DNA of 60,915 nucleotides, the filler included, from Sphacelaria rigidula (Eukaryota): NCBI GenBank assembly GCA_964200075.2. It is 10 parts of 10 records of this genome, joined end to end, with 100 filler letters (N's around TTAATTAATTAA, not from the genome) between each part and the next. Parts side by side here need not be neighbours in the genome. Positions count along the whole stretch, not along the records: positions 6,103 to 12,104 come from CAXNAA020022879.1; positions 12,205 to 18,206 come from CAXNAA020022880.1; positions 18,307 to 24,308 come from CAXNAA020022881.1; 7 more parts are not named here. The stretch is one strand, 5' to 3'. Both the position numbers and the translations under genes were made by a program. Shown here piece by piece: positions 9,563 to 22,357 of the stretch (position 1 is the stretch's first letter; the number at the start of each line of letters is the position of its first letter). The notes under the pieces are model-generated. The model was not told the origin of the DNA. It saw only the letters and a program-made list of their open reading frames with translations, and searched no databases.

Positions 9563-12500
9563 AGTATGCACATGATTCATTTCTATACAAACACAACGAC
9601 AGAACGGAAATCTGCACGATATTACGCACGCGAGAAACGTATGATACGTGAAATTCATGCGACTCCCGAACGAAATATGCGCAATTGATGCGCCTTTACG
9701 CATGGGAGAACCTTGTGCCGTTGTATCCACTTTGTGACCCGTGACGTGTAAGGCTCGGGACTCATCCACGCAGGTCCACACGTGAAACCATCAAACCTAT
9801 CAAGGCAACACCAGACCTCCATTCCACCAAGTAACCGTGCGAGCACTATCTCGGATTTCAGGCTGTCTCGACACCTGAAGATAAGTCCTGATAGATCCAT
9901 AAGGTCGCCGCATATACGGAGTACTCATACAATCTGCAAAATGCCAATGGAATTTCCCGACCGTCTGTAATCTACAGCACTTCCACTGACGCGGTGTGTG
10001 TACCTGGCCACACGGCATTCAAGTGATCGATGTTGGCTGCACTGCATCTTATTGGCTCACCCGTACCCACTCAACTCTAGGAGTTATACTGAATCCGACA
10101 AAATCATGCCTAGAGTACGCTTGAATCCAAGTCAGCTGTCTGTGTTAGTGGTGTGAACACGAAGATTGGTTCCACATAGATGAGAGCAAATATACGAAGT
10201 TGGTCGCAACGATATAACACGACATCCACGGCGATTCGAAGTGGCTGCGTTCAAGTGATTGTCTTGACTATATGTGGAGGATACCTCTTTGCAGTGCCAT
10301 ATCAGAGGCTGATGCCACACATGTATGCAGACCCAGCGCAAGCAGGGTCAAGGTAGGAACGATCCGAAAGGACCAGATTACCGAGGACCCTGTGATGCCG
10401 ACGTAACTAGACAACTCGGGGTGATGCTAGAAAGAGCCTAAGATTAGGACGGTCCAACATCCCGCGAGGAACTGGTCACTCACGGCGACCACTCTCCTAG
10501 TCTGACCCAACTTCTTGCCTACATCTCACAAGAGGAAATCATCGTCAGCTTCGGAGTTCCTTCGGCATCAGGACATCTCTCGGGACCGCCTCCTCCTTAG
10601 TCTGTCCCCCCCTTTCGATACGTCTTCATTACATATAGAACAACGTTGTCAACGGCAACGATGCTTGATTCTCAGGATCAAAGGCGATACGTAGTCATCA
10701 TGCCTGTAGAAGGTACAGGCTGGTCCAACAACCTGCGACAAACAAGCGTGGCGCTGGACTTTGGCTCGAGGATCGAGAGTGAAAACCTGAGTGTTTGAGG
10801 AGAGGCGCGCATCGATTATGCGCACGTCATAATTGGAGCAGTTTTCCACCTTCATTTTCTGGGAGCTAGGTCCATTTGACTAGACTTCCGCATAACAATT
10901 CACCCTTATTTTCGGTATCAACGAAAAACATCCTTCCTCTCGAATGGTCGATTTGCATTTTTCTTCAAACATTTGAGGTATCATGTCTCGAACTTCGAGG
11001 GGGGAATCAATATGTGTATATTCTCAAGAGCATGAAAACTCATACTTGACTGTAGATACTTTCCCCATTGTTTGTTTTGGAGGTCACGTTTCGAAGGACG
11101 ACGAGGTAGGGTGTCAAAACAGGTATCGTAATTTTAGTCATGATGCTAGTTACACGCCCAACAATTTTCAGCGCAATCGAACAAGAAGTCGAGCATCATT
11201 ATTTCGTTTGAATTGGGTGGATGAAGTTAGGAAAAACGAACCCTTTAGCTTTCATACCCGTTGCGAACTTCGGTCGGGAGTACGTGCGGTAGCAACGAAA
11301 GCTAGCCATGATCGGGTTTGCCTGCCGTACTACCGACAGCGTTGCGTGAAAACCGCAAGACCTTTTTCTGTCGGCGGTTGATGGCGTGGGTCGCAAATGC
11401 AACGACAAGTGGTTGATCGTAGAGCACTCTCGTCCCAGCTTGTAATGTACGACCTCATCACATCGGAATAATTATGGAAAGCTCCTCGTACTGCACCGAG
11501 GTGTTCACGCGACCAGCGTATGCTCCAGATTGCAGCACGTACGGACTCCTAAGCGCCGCACTAGCAACAGTTAGGTCACCACCATACGCATCTTTTTTCA
11601 CTCCGCATGTCGAGAAGGTCTCTACAAGTGTTTGATCTCTCATACACCCCCTCAAATGCTCCGTCTCGAAAGGGATGCGTGGTCAATGGTCAAACGACTA
11701 AGGCAAGCAACAAATGAGTACGCCCCCCCCCCCCCTCCCCCTCAACTGGCGTGTGGCACGTTGTTCTCGTCGGGCACCCAGAGGGCCAGATGTGGCTGAA
11801 ATCAATGATGAATAACACCCCCAAGTTCGAATTGGATATATCTGTTGTTTTCGCCGCACCACCGCCCTTGCTGGCATGTGTGTGACAGAGAAAAGCAGTA
11901 GCGGTGACGGGAACATTACCCTATATTTCAAGGACATGTTTTTCAGCGCACAGAGGCGCGTCCTGTCCAAAAGGAGTGGCAGAGAGAAATCGATCTCCGC
12001 ATTCGTGAGCTCGACAGGCAATTGTAAAACGAGAGAAAATCTCTCCGCAGCTCGATGTTTCGGCACATGGAAAATCGGGCACATGCTGGTAAGATCAAGG
12101 ATGCNNNNNNNNNNNNNNNNNNNNNNNNNNNNNNNNNNNNNNNNNNNNTTAATTAATTAANNNNNNNNNNNNNNNNNNNNNNNNNNNNNNNNNNNNNNNN
12201 NNNNTCTAGGATTTTAGCGCCGCGGGGTGGGGGGTTGTTTCTTTTTGGTCTGGTGGGGGGGGGGGGGGGGGGGGGCGTACTCATTTGTTACTTCCCTGGG
12301 TCACTTGATCATTGACCACGCATCCCCATCCGTCAGTGCGTAAGGGAGTTGTACCCATGATCATGCATGCCATAGTCATAAACAAGTGCGTATGGCGGGG
12401 GACATTTTGATATTTCAGGCTACACTTACGCCCACGCTCGTGCGACTTTCTTTCCATCGAAGCCCTACCGATCATGATTCGGGTACCTGGATGCTCACCA

Positions 12501-13084
12501 TGTCCCAGCCCTCCTGAAAATGTATTATTGTAAGCATGCACGTTCGTCGCAGCTACTGAAGTTGCCCTTTACGTGGTTATTCCGCCCGGTGCAATCACGT
12601 CGGTAGGTCCAACCTCCAATATTGGGTATTCGTCTACTGCATCGAAACAAAACCAAGCTTTCTTGTGCTGTGGGCGATTTTGCATCTGCGCATGGCGATA
12701 TCCTTCGCGATGCATGACGGCATTACGCAGAATTGTGTGTTATCCTACGCCGGACAGACCGAGCACATGGGACTCATCGGCAGGTCAACCATTGCTGCAT
12801 ATTGCAGTCGTCGCGTACTCTCGGTTCGCCTACAATAGCCTTTCAGCTTCTCGTTGACGCTGGAAAATTAGACGACCCGTCTTATGCGTCATGGGGGTGG
12901 TGAATGGGGGGGGGGCTTGGATACCTTTCCCGTACGAGGTACTCTAAGCAAAGGATGGGAGATCGCACGAGATAACGAAGACACCTTCAAGCCACCATAA
13001 CGCCATTCTGACCCCGAGAGAACCAACGTCGTGTACACGCTACACCCGTGTCTTGTTTGCCTCTCTCTGTTGGATTGCTTTGAC

Positions 13085-13350
13085 CGCCACGCCCCGGTGG
13101 AGTAATGCTCCGACTGTGGCCACTAGGATGGGGAGAACGAGGGCTCGATTCCCGATGTGTCGAGATTTCCACCGTGGAAAGCGTGAGAGCGCGAGTAGAC
13201 AAAGTAGTCGACCGAGTGTATTTGACGTGAGTTGGTGCAGTGCGGAAGTGCTGCCCCAAGCCGCGAGACCAAATGCAAAGCATGTACCGGGGGAGAGATG
13301 AGTTGATCCCTTGAGACTACGGAATCATCCCGAGAAAGGGGAGGGGTTCA
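13085..13350 (+). mobile_element. tRNA-derived SINE, family A
   Basis: Head GCCCCGGTGGAGTAATG (A box) ... GCTCGATTCCC (degenerate B box); body shared with three other copies in the window. Confidence 0.75.
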
Positions 13351-13505
13351 AAGTGCGACGAAAAAATAATGAATCAAAATGTAGAATTACTACCTTGAAG
13401 TACACTTCTCATTTCTTGCGCCATTACTACTGCTGGAACTATCATCACCGGGACTGTTTTTCATTCCTTTCTAGTGCTTTTCCGTTCCTTTCCTCCTCCA
13501 TGTTT

Positions 13506-14604
13506 GGGCAATTGGCAAAACCCGCGATACCGCCTTCATTATCGCCTAAAACCGGTATAGCTGAAAATCCACGTCAGAAATTCAACAAATGCTGCCGCCT
13601 GATTGGCCAAATCACGCCGCCAACGAATTCCGGCGAAAGGCACGCGCGGTGTACCTGTTATTGACAACTCAATTTGGCTTTCACCGGTTTTCCACGACAA
13701 CTTTACCGGTTTTCGGCGATCGACGTGCCTGACCGTAGGTTCCCGGCCAGCCCGAAAACACGTACACGTCACCGTACAATGTGCTACCATTCGGCGGCTG
13801 GCCGTTAAATATTGGGAGTTTTGTTTGTCATTCCGAACACCCTCCCAACCCACGAAGGCCTCCACGCACAATCACGCGGCTGTTCCACAGCTTCAAAGTG
13901 AACGGGGAAATAAATCACGGCGGAGCAAAGACACAGTTAGTCGAAACACAAGGCACATGTCACTCACTGATTGTCCTCGGCTGGCGAGGGGTGTCGAGTC
14001 AACCACCGGAAAAGGGATGGGAGCGGCAGCTAGCGTGTGATCAGCCCCCAAAAGTAATGCACACCTTACAAACTTACGGCTGACGTCAAAGCGCGTCAGT
14101 ATGCAGCAAAGCAAGGTACAGGCACGTGCCGATGCACAGTGAACACGCAGGCGGCGACAGCAATCCCGCAGCTGTAGAAGACTGCCGACGTTTTGGCCAT
14201 GGCCTCCTCTTGTGATGATCTACCCACCGGGTGTAGGCCAATATGTACAACAACAGACGGGAGACTATTCCGGGCCCAATCGAAACAAAACTCCCGATAT
14301 TTAACGGCCAGCCGCCGAAAGGTAACAGAGTGTATGGTGACGTATACATGTTTTCGGGTTGGCCGGGAACCTACGGTCAGGCTCGTCGATCGCCGAAAAC
14401 CGGTGAAGTCGTCGCCGAAAACCGGTGAAACCTAAATTGAGCTGTCACCAACAGGTGCACCGCGCGTGCCTTTCGCCGGAATTCGTTGGCGGCGTGATTT
14501 GGCCAATCAGGCGGCATCATTTGTTGCATTTCTGAAGTGGATTTTCAGCTATACCGGTTTTAGGCGAAAATGCAGGCGGCTGTAGCAGTTTTCGGCGATT
14601 GCCC
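13506..14604. mobile_element. Non-autonomous Mutator-like (MULE) element with about 320-bp TIRs
   Basis: 13506-13826 is the reverse complement of 14283-14604. Termini GGGCAAT...ATTGCCC; flanks TCCATGTTT / CCCATTTTT (7/9 match, degenerate 9-bp TSD). Confidence 0.82.
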
Positions 14605-14918
14605 CCCATTTTTACTTGATTTTGTTGTCGTTTTCAGTTTACTGCTTTTGTTCTACCCCCCGCTACTTCCTCCTTCAGCGAACGTTTCCGTTTCGTTCAC
14701 CTTGGGTACATGCCTCTCTTGTGACCACGGTTGGGTCCCTCGGGGATCTGTTCATGTGCGGCAATCTATCAGTGTTGGACATTTTTTCCCCTTGACACGC
14801 TTATCCTGCGGAAAGTAAACTACTCATTTTTGGCAGTTGGCCACTTGATCAACCCACCTTCTGCTGATGTAATTGCTTCACACCACTGGAAAATGACCAA
14901 GGGGAAGCCGTCAACAGT

Positions 14919-15820
14919 GACGCGACCTTTTTGCAGGTGGTGTATGCAAATAAGAGCGAGCAGGATGCGAACGCCTCCAGAGCAAAGTCCGCAAGAAACC
15001 CAATTTCAGATACTGAACACACTAAACAACAACAATCGTACTCCACATCAGCTCACAGCAGGACAGTAACACCGAACAGATTTTTCTTGTAGTACGACAG
15101 GGTGCCCCGAACGTGGGCGTTGATGAGTTCTCTGCTCGACATTACCGGGAATAATTAAGCGAATCGTTTTTTCTTGAAGCACCTACCTCTTTAAGGCAAT
15201 TTCGCAGATACCGAAAATAATGTTGATGCTGCGGCGTCATGTATAACAGGTCATCAACTGAGTGTTCAAACGTAACCCTGTCATGTGTGCGTGCGATTAC
15301 ATAGCCACAACTGACAGTAGCATTATACCACAAAGGGTGTGTTGTGCTCTGTACAGTTGACAAGTAGTACGATACGGGAACACTCTTACTACTCGTGACG
15401 CCGCCTCGATAGCCTGGATAGTACACGATAGTGTACAGACAGCGTGGTGTCTTGTACAACAGCAGTGCAACAGGCGGTATTCTCGATAGGAAACAGCTGA
15501 TGCGTATACAGCCGGTGTGTTCAGAGCATCCATTCAATCGAGCATGCGCGGCGCTTGGTTGACCAAGAACCCAATACGACTGTTGGCTTGTCAATATCTA
15601 GTGGATAGTTCATCGCCGCCGACGTATGTGGCCTCCTGCCCTACGGCAAGATCCTTTCTTGCCTGCCCTGCTGTGGACTGCCGTGGAGTGCGACTGATCG
15701 TTGTTTTGTGTGTGCAGCATTTCGATTTGAAATTGGGCTTATTGTGAATTTCGTTCTGGAGACGTTCGCGACCTGTGCCCTCTTATATTTGCATACCCCC
15801 ACCTGCAGATAGGTCGCGCC
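14919..15820. mobile_element. Second, older MULE-like element with about 230-bp diverged TIRs
   Basis: 14919-15145 is inverted relative to 15590-15820 (e.g. TGCAGGTGGTGTATGCAAATA vs TATTTGCATACCCCCACCTGCA). Flanks GTCAACAGT / GTCAATATT (7/9 match). Confidence 0.72.
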
Positions 15821-16677
15821 GTCAATATTACATTCATCTAGTACTCCTAAAAACACGGGGTGGGTTCCAAAAGGGTTGACTATTTACTATGGGCCCAGTC
15901 TTCCATACCGCCACCAGTTGGAATTACTTGCACTTCTACACCGCAAACCCCCACAAGGATTGCCTATTTGAATACAAGGCACTTCCACAAAGACAACTTC
16001 AGCTTCGTTTGCAGCTGATGTTAACAGCTACCATATCCTCTCGTGCCGTGATGACGCGGTGTTGTCGGCATGTGAAAAGGGGAGCTGGAGGCTGAAAGGA
16101 CTCGCAATCCCGCAACTATACCATCACCACTTCACGGGGTGGAAATGTGCACGATGGCGAGCACAAACGATGTCTGTTATTGCAGGGCGACTGGGTGTGC
16201 TATTTCAGCGCAGGGTTGACGGTGCAGCATGACTTCTAGGTCGTACAAGGTTTGCACACAGAATAGATGGCGACTCTTAAATTTACACCAGATGGTGAAC
16301 CTCCCATGCCTGGACCACTATTCCTCTTCACAGAACGTATCTAACACCAATTGGTGCACTGCGGTCAGTAGAACAGAGCCGGACCTCCTTGATTACGCCG
16401 CTACAGAGTCACCATAAACTGTAGAACCAGATTTTTCTTCAAATTATACTCGCATCATCGATTCTGTTGACTTCACCGAGCCTCTCTCATTTAGGGGGTG
16501 TTAAAAATCGTGACACTAATCAGGCACACCTCCCTTCTGTGCTGACTTGCAAGTCGGGCAAGAAGATCCTTGAATACTCATTTTCACGAGCACGATCGAT
16601 CGCAGACAAATGAAACTACCGTCACAGACGACTAATGGCTGCAGAATTGCTAATAAATGCAAAAGAAGACGCATCAC

Positions 16678-16884
16678 CTTGACCTCCGTAGGCACTTGGA
16701 CAGCCTCATTCTGCAGTCCATCCCTCGGCCCCACCTCCACGAGAGTCACCTCCCCAGTTGCACTTGAAGTAGAGAAGCGCCGTCTATGTCGACGCTGTTC
16801 CGTTCCTCTACCAGAGCCTACAACAAGTCGGCGCCATTGTCGGAATGCATGGTAACTCACCTGAAAATACAAGTTAGGCTGCAT
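16678..16884 (-). CDS. HMGCL: Hydroxymethylglutaryl-CoA lyase, 5' coding exon with probable mitochondrial transit peptide
   Basis: VTLVEVGPRDGLQNEAVQVPTEVK is the HMGL N-terminal signature, preceded by an Arg-rich leader (RRHRRRFSTS). Donor AAG|GTGATG at 16677. Confidence 0.88.
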
Positions 16885-17522
16885 GGTGCCGACAAAAGGT
16901 ACAGTGTATAGTGCACTGTACTGCTGTATCGCCGCCGTTTACTGATGCAGAACATATCAAGGAACAAGCGGGCGCTGGATTGTAGTATTGTTTTTCATTA
17001 TCACACTAAGTCATCCCACTTTCCAATCCCGTTTGCCACAGAGAGACCGACATATGAACCCCCCCCCCTCCTGCGAATGCAGCTGAATAGAACATCAAGT
17101 TTGATGTCTTTCTACAATTCATGGTATCGCAATTCGCTAAAGTTCACGGGATCACGCGCATTCGTATCATGAAGTACACACACAGTTCTTGCCGCGTGAT
17201 GTATCGCTAGTACTCGGAACATACTCCACAGGGAAAGCCGGGAAGGTCTGCCGGGCGGAAACATACAAGATCCTGTTGCGCTGCTGTGCAGGCGATGAGT
17301 GCATCTCACTCGATCATACCACTCCATCAAGTTGAAGAAATCGCAAGATTGATACTCTCATTGTGGTTTCCGTCTTCAAAAGCCGCTGAAGCTCATGAAT
17401 AGTAATTCCATTTCTCCTACATCTTACCTCGTAGCTCGCATTGCCAACCGGCACAATCCGGCTGTAGTACGGTGCGCGGTTCGCATCAACCGCCGCCACG
17501 GCACGCCGGGGACAGTAGAAGT

Positions 17523-17975
17523 ATGAGTCTGGATTGCAGACCTGAATATACTCCGCCACATGTGGACTCATCTGTTCTACAGACGACGGAATCTAGTCGC
17601 CGGTCGTCATCTCTAGGAGACATCGCCGATGATCAGGAAATGGCAACGGCACCGGCAGCCTCGGTAGGATCTGAGCCGAGCCTGCAGTCATCATCGATCA
17701 CGCTATCCTTTCGGGTTACGGGAGCGGCATCCGTGGCTCGTTTGCACCCTCTATTGCTCGGTAGACAATGGTATGGAGGTGCCGTAGCGTGGATGTTAGC
17801 GGCAAGAGACGGGGCAGAAGTCGTTGCTGGTCGCGGTGGGAGTGATGGTGATGATGGTGACGGATGCAATGGGAAGTTGTGCGTGCCGGACTTTGTTTGG
17901 GAGACCACTGTAACCAAGGATCAGAGGCAACGGCATCGAAGTGCTCGGGTGTTGAACAGACTAAGTGGGGCACAG
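17523..17975 (+). CDS. Probable 5' exon of a divergently transcribed gene, possibly tubulin-tyrosine-ligase-like
   Basis: Open frame ending ...PDFVWETT...VLNRLSGAQ at a strong donor CAG|GTGAG. The TTL resemblance is by eye only. Confidence 0.45.
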
Positions 17976-19504
17976 GTGAGAATACTATTTCACCGTTTAG
18001 GATGTAGTATAGGTGGATGCTTGGTGTTTGGTTGTATTGGATGGGATGGTATTGGTTCATTGCTTTTATTTGAGACGGATGGGATGCGATGAGTTTTTGT
18101 TGTTTCGGGGGTTTGTTGTGGATTGTGTGGGTTTTACAGGGAACAGTGTTTTCGTGAGATTGAGAGTAGATGATACGATTGAGAGAGGCTTTGATCATTC
18201 GCTTTANNNNNNNNNNNNNNNNNNNNNNNNNNNNNNNNNNNNNNNNNNNNTTAATTAATTAANNNNNNNNNNNNNNNNNNNNNNNNNNNNNNNNNNNNNN
18301 NNNNNNATCGATTCGCGATGCTGTCACCAACTGATGGTCGCACCACACCCGTCTCCCGGATCTCATAAACCTCGACTTCAACCCAGACACCATTATTGTC
18401 ACTTCATCGTGGATGCACTTGCCCTTGTACCTTACTGCTTCTCCCACACTGAACTGACTCACTGGGTTCACACACAGGCAATCTTGCATGTCAATGTGTT
18501 CTGAAATGGCTTCTAGATACTGCAACCGCTATAAACATCTGGGAAAATTCTTCCCGCTTTTGCACAAAACATCGATTCTTCCCTAACACAGAATCGAGCC
18601 TTTTCAAAACTCATACTTACGATAGCTACGATACCAGGATATTTCGAGATTTCAATACCTGCGGTACCCGCCCAATCCGGTATTTTCAAATGTCATATCT
18701 ACGCACTTTTGGTGTGCTTTGATTCGTACCGTACTTATCCAAATCAGTCCTTCGGCATATTTTTCAGCGTTGCACCCGAGGTATGCGCACCCCAGGTACG
18801 TGGAATAGCGCAAAACGTGGAGGAGACGTTTTTTACCCGCGATCAATGTGTTGTTTCTCTCTTCCGACGAATAAGGCCTCAGACATCGTAGATTTGGTGT
18901 TTCGAACCAGCGATGATTCGTCCGAACCGTGAATTTGTCAGGCCCATTATCGTCGACACAGTTTCTTCAGAGACCCAAGAAATTTTCAGAGTTTTCGGAC
19001 TCTGCGTTCAGACTTCTCCGAGAACGAAGCAGCTTGATTTCTTCTCCGAATCTTCATTTTGGAGAAGTCCGAAAAATTCAGACTGCGACGCAGCATTTCG
19101 GAGAGCTGCCCCGTGAAAACGCCGTGGCGCTCGCAAGCATTCGAGAATCATGGGGTACTATACTTTGCCAGTCCCGATAATCTCAGAGATCTCCGAAAAA
19201 CAGTATCGATAATAATGGGTCTTAGTATTGTACAAATCGAAACTTGGGCTTTGTTTCAGCGTTGCACTCTAGGCCCGTGCACCCAAGGCAGGTGGGAAAA
19301 CGCAACAATTTCGTGCAGACTTTTTTGGCTCAACTTTTTTCCGCCTTTTGAGCAGTCAGGCCTCAGAAAATCGTAGATTGGGTCATTCGAACCAACAATG
19401 AATTGTCCGATCCTTGTATGTTTCAGGCCGTGTCTTGGGGCGTGTCTTAGCCCTTGTCGGACCAACCCTTCACCAACACGGGGTCGACCATATGTTGGTA
19501 GTAT

Positions 19505-19790
19505 ATCACAAAATAAGTCAGGGGGCGACCTGCCCAATCTCGGCGAGGCGACTTTTATCGGCCAGGCCCGAACGACCAGCGCGGGGATTTGTTACCGAGT
19601 TTGATGTCACTGCCAAGATCGTGTGGGGGCCCTATCCCTGGCCCAGATAATCCTTCCCAGGTATGCGAATCCCGGATGCTCGGATACGGGTTCCTCGTAT
19701 TACTTGCATTCAGTATAGAGCTCCCGAGATTTCCCGGATGTTTTTTTGGGTCGCCAGCCTATACTGAAACGTAGTAATTACACCAACACA
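19505..19790 (+). repeat. Dispersed repeat; inverted copy at about 36695-36995
   Basis: Shared TTTGATGTCACTGCCAA and terminal CCAGCCTATACT(G/A)AAACGTAGTAATTACACCAACACA. Confidence 0.75.
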
Positions 19791-20699
19791 GGGTGGAGGG
19801 GGAAAACCGGGAAATAGTGTAGATGCCACAATGTGGTCATTTTCACGAGGCACTCAATTCAGCTGGGCCGTGAAAGGACAGAAAGAGCTATCGTCATGAA
19901 TTCCGCCTATCCCTCTGCCGATGCCTTGTAGAACACTGTGAACATGTATGTAGTGGGCGAGGGAGAAGCGGTATAGAGAGGCAGTTGATCTCGGTAGCTG
20001 AGAACTGACCAGAACGTGCAAGGGAGTATGCAGCGCAGCTGCTGTTGCAGTCGGACAGGCGTACTGCACTCCACTGTACTGTATGTATGTGCGCCGCAAC
20101 GCTCATACCCTTCGAAGAGGAATTACCCCTTGCAACGAAGAGGGGAATCGCGGCCCACCCCGACCACAAAGGGCCGTGTGGCAAGGTGATGGGGACAATA
20201 ATATCATCCAAAGCCACACGTGGCGGGCGGCCCGCCGGTCGCCGTATCCTGGTGAAAGCTCTTTACGGTGACCATACTGCTTACTACATCAGATGTACGT
20301 TACCTAATGCGCACCCTGCACCTGAAAGTATATTGGATAAAAGTTTCGGTCTTCCTCATAAGCCGGCGGTTACACACGCGTTTTTCAGCAACACGAAGCC
20401 ACAGTTTCGTGCAGACGCCAAACGCGTCATTCCTAACCAGCCTCATCGGTCGTTCTGGATGCTCGGTCCCAAAGGGGTCAGCACATGATTTTGCGCTCGA
20501 AAATGTGCGGTGGAAAAGGGAAAATCCGATCTGATAGGTGGTAGATTCAACCATCGTCGTTCTTTTTGAAGATGGTTGAAGTAACGACCTATCAGATCGG
20601 AATTTTCGCTTTCCACTGTACTCTTTCGATCGAAAAATGATGTGGTAAGACACGGCCTGTTTCAAACTGCTTTTTTGGCCCTTCTCCGTAGTTTCACGC

Positions 20700-21030
20700 T
20701 TAAGAAAAGGGCTAGGCGGATCTCGATGCCTTGGAATGACTTGCTCTATTCCTTGAGACCGTACTAGGGCAACTTTGCATTTCCCGTTGGCCGCACTTTT
20801 ACTTTTGGCCAAACACGGATTTTTAATGAAACCGGTTAAGCAATCGAAAAACAGGGAAAAATTTTGATCACCTGACCGTTTTTGCTTGAAAAACCGTGTT
20901 TGGCTTGATTTGGCCAAAAACAAAAGCGCGGCCAGCGGGAAATGCAAAGTTGCTCTAAACGGTCTCAAGGAGTAGAGCAAGTCATTCCAAGGCGTCAACA
21001 TCCGCCTTGCCCTCTTTTCGGGCGTCAATC
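20700..21030. repeat. Inverted pair of the ~180-bp module also arrayed at 34240-35645
   Basis: CCTTGGAATGACTTGCTCTATTCCTTGAGACCGT and its reverse complement ACGGTCTCAAGGAGTAGAGCAAGTCATTCCAAGG. Confidence 0.75.
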
Positions 21031-22057
21031 GACGGAGAAGAGCCCAACAGATAGTTTTCGACAGGAATTTTGAATGACTCTCATTAGAGTTGGCCTTGAC
21101 ACAGTTTTTTGGATCGAAAACGTGCGGTTGAACTATTTCTTCGATCTGATACGTGCACCGCATTTCTGTTCCTAGAATGCTTCAACTCATTTTCATACTG
21201 AGTGGTGCGCGGAGAAGAAGTGTAAAATAAGAAAGCTAATCTTTTTCTGTCGAAAACATGCGGTCGAACGGCACAAAGCGGCACGTGACTCCTATCTTAC
21301 AGAATACCACCCCAGATATCAGCAGTTCACAGAACCATGCAAACTCCACGCAACTCACTCTCAGCTACCACCACAACCCTGCAGCAGAGAGCACGAGTGA
21401 GCACAGGGTTAGATAGATACACGGCTGGAATTGGGTACGCCTTCTTTATTTTCTGTTGGCGAAAACTCGTGCATCTTCTTTCATGGTAGGGATCAGCGAC
21501 GGAACTGCGTGGTAGGGTATGCAATCGAGTTGCGTACACGCTCATGGACAGTGAGAGCAGTACAAACTACACGTTATACAAGTTCTTGTCACGTCGGCTT
21601 GTAAGCAGAGAGAACAGATAGTCCTGCGCTGTCTATATTGAACGTCGCCGCTTCTTTTTCACATCCCACTGTACACAACGCGCACACACACACCCAGACG
21701 AACGCATACAAGCAGTAGAAACAGCGCGGACTGTCTGTACGGTACACAAGGGACCAAGTACCGTTTCACGAATTTCACTGCCTTTTCTCGATCGGATGCT
21801 TGAAAATTCGCTTGGACCCAACTCGACAAAATGAGCGAATTTCGCTCATATAAATTTCACCGCCCCTTTTTTTCGATCGGAAAAAGATGTGCTAAGACAC
21901 GCCTTTATCATATTGTTATTCGATCGAAAAAGTGCGACAGAAAAAAGCTTTGTATCTAATGCGTCCACATCATTCCTCAGATGGCTTTACATCCTGCTTA
22001 TAATTATTCGCGCGCGACCGATTTGTTACCATTATTTTGTTTGTCGCGCTGTCAACC

Positions 22058-22357
22058 CCCCCGCTTCCTCGGGACGAGTCCGTACTCTAATTCTCTCAAG
22101 GGATCAACCCATCTCTCTCCCGGTACACGCCTCCTTACATGCATTTTGGTCTCGCGGATTGGGTCATGACTATCAGCACTCCCGCACCGCGTCAACTCTC
22201 GTCAAACAAACAGTCAACTATTTCTCGCTTACTCACGTGCTCACGCTTTCGACGGCGGAAATCAGAAACTTCGAAGAAATATCCAACGGGAATCGGACCC
22301 ACATTCTCTCCGCCCTAGTGGTGACAGTCAGACCATTGCACCACCGGGGCGCGGCGA
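22058..22357 (-). mobile_element. tRNA-derived SINE, family A
   Basis: Minus strand GCGCCCCGGTGGTGCAATGG ... GTCCGATTCCC; body matches the other family A copies. Confidence 0.75.

Noticed and set aside
9600..10640. Retroelement or viral coding remnant upstream of the EsV-1-7 gene (similar stretch at 28600-29550)
   Set aside because: No RT, integrase, recombinase, TnpB/Fanzor or capsid motif could be recognised in the frames examined.
20300..21163. 287-aa ORF, and similar long ORFs at 4619-5332, 21889-22542 and 44254-44868
   Set aside because: They run through MITE, SINE or other repeat sequence and show no recognisable domain.
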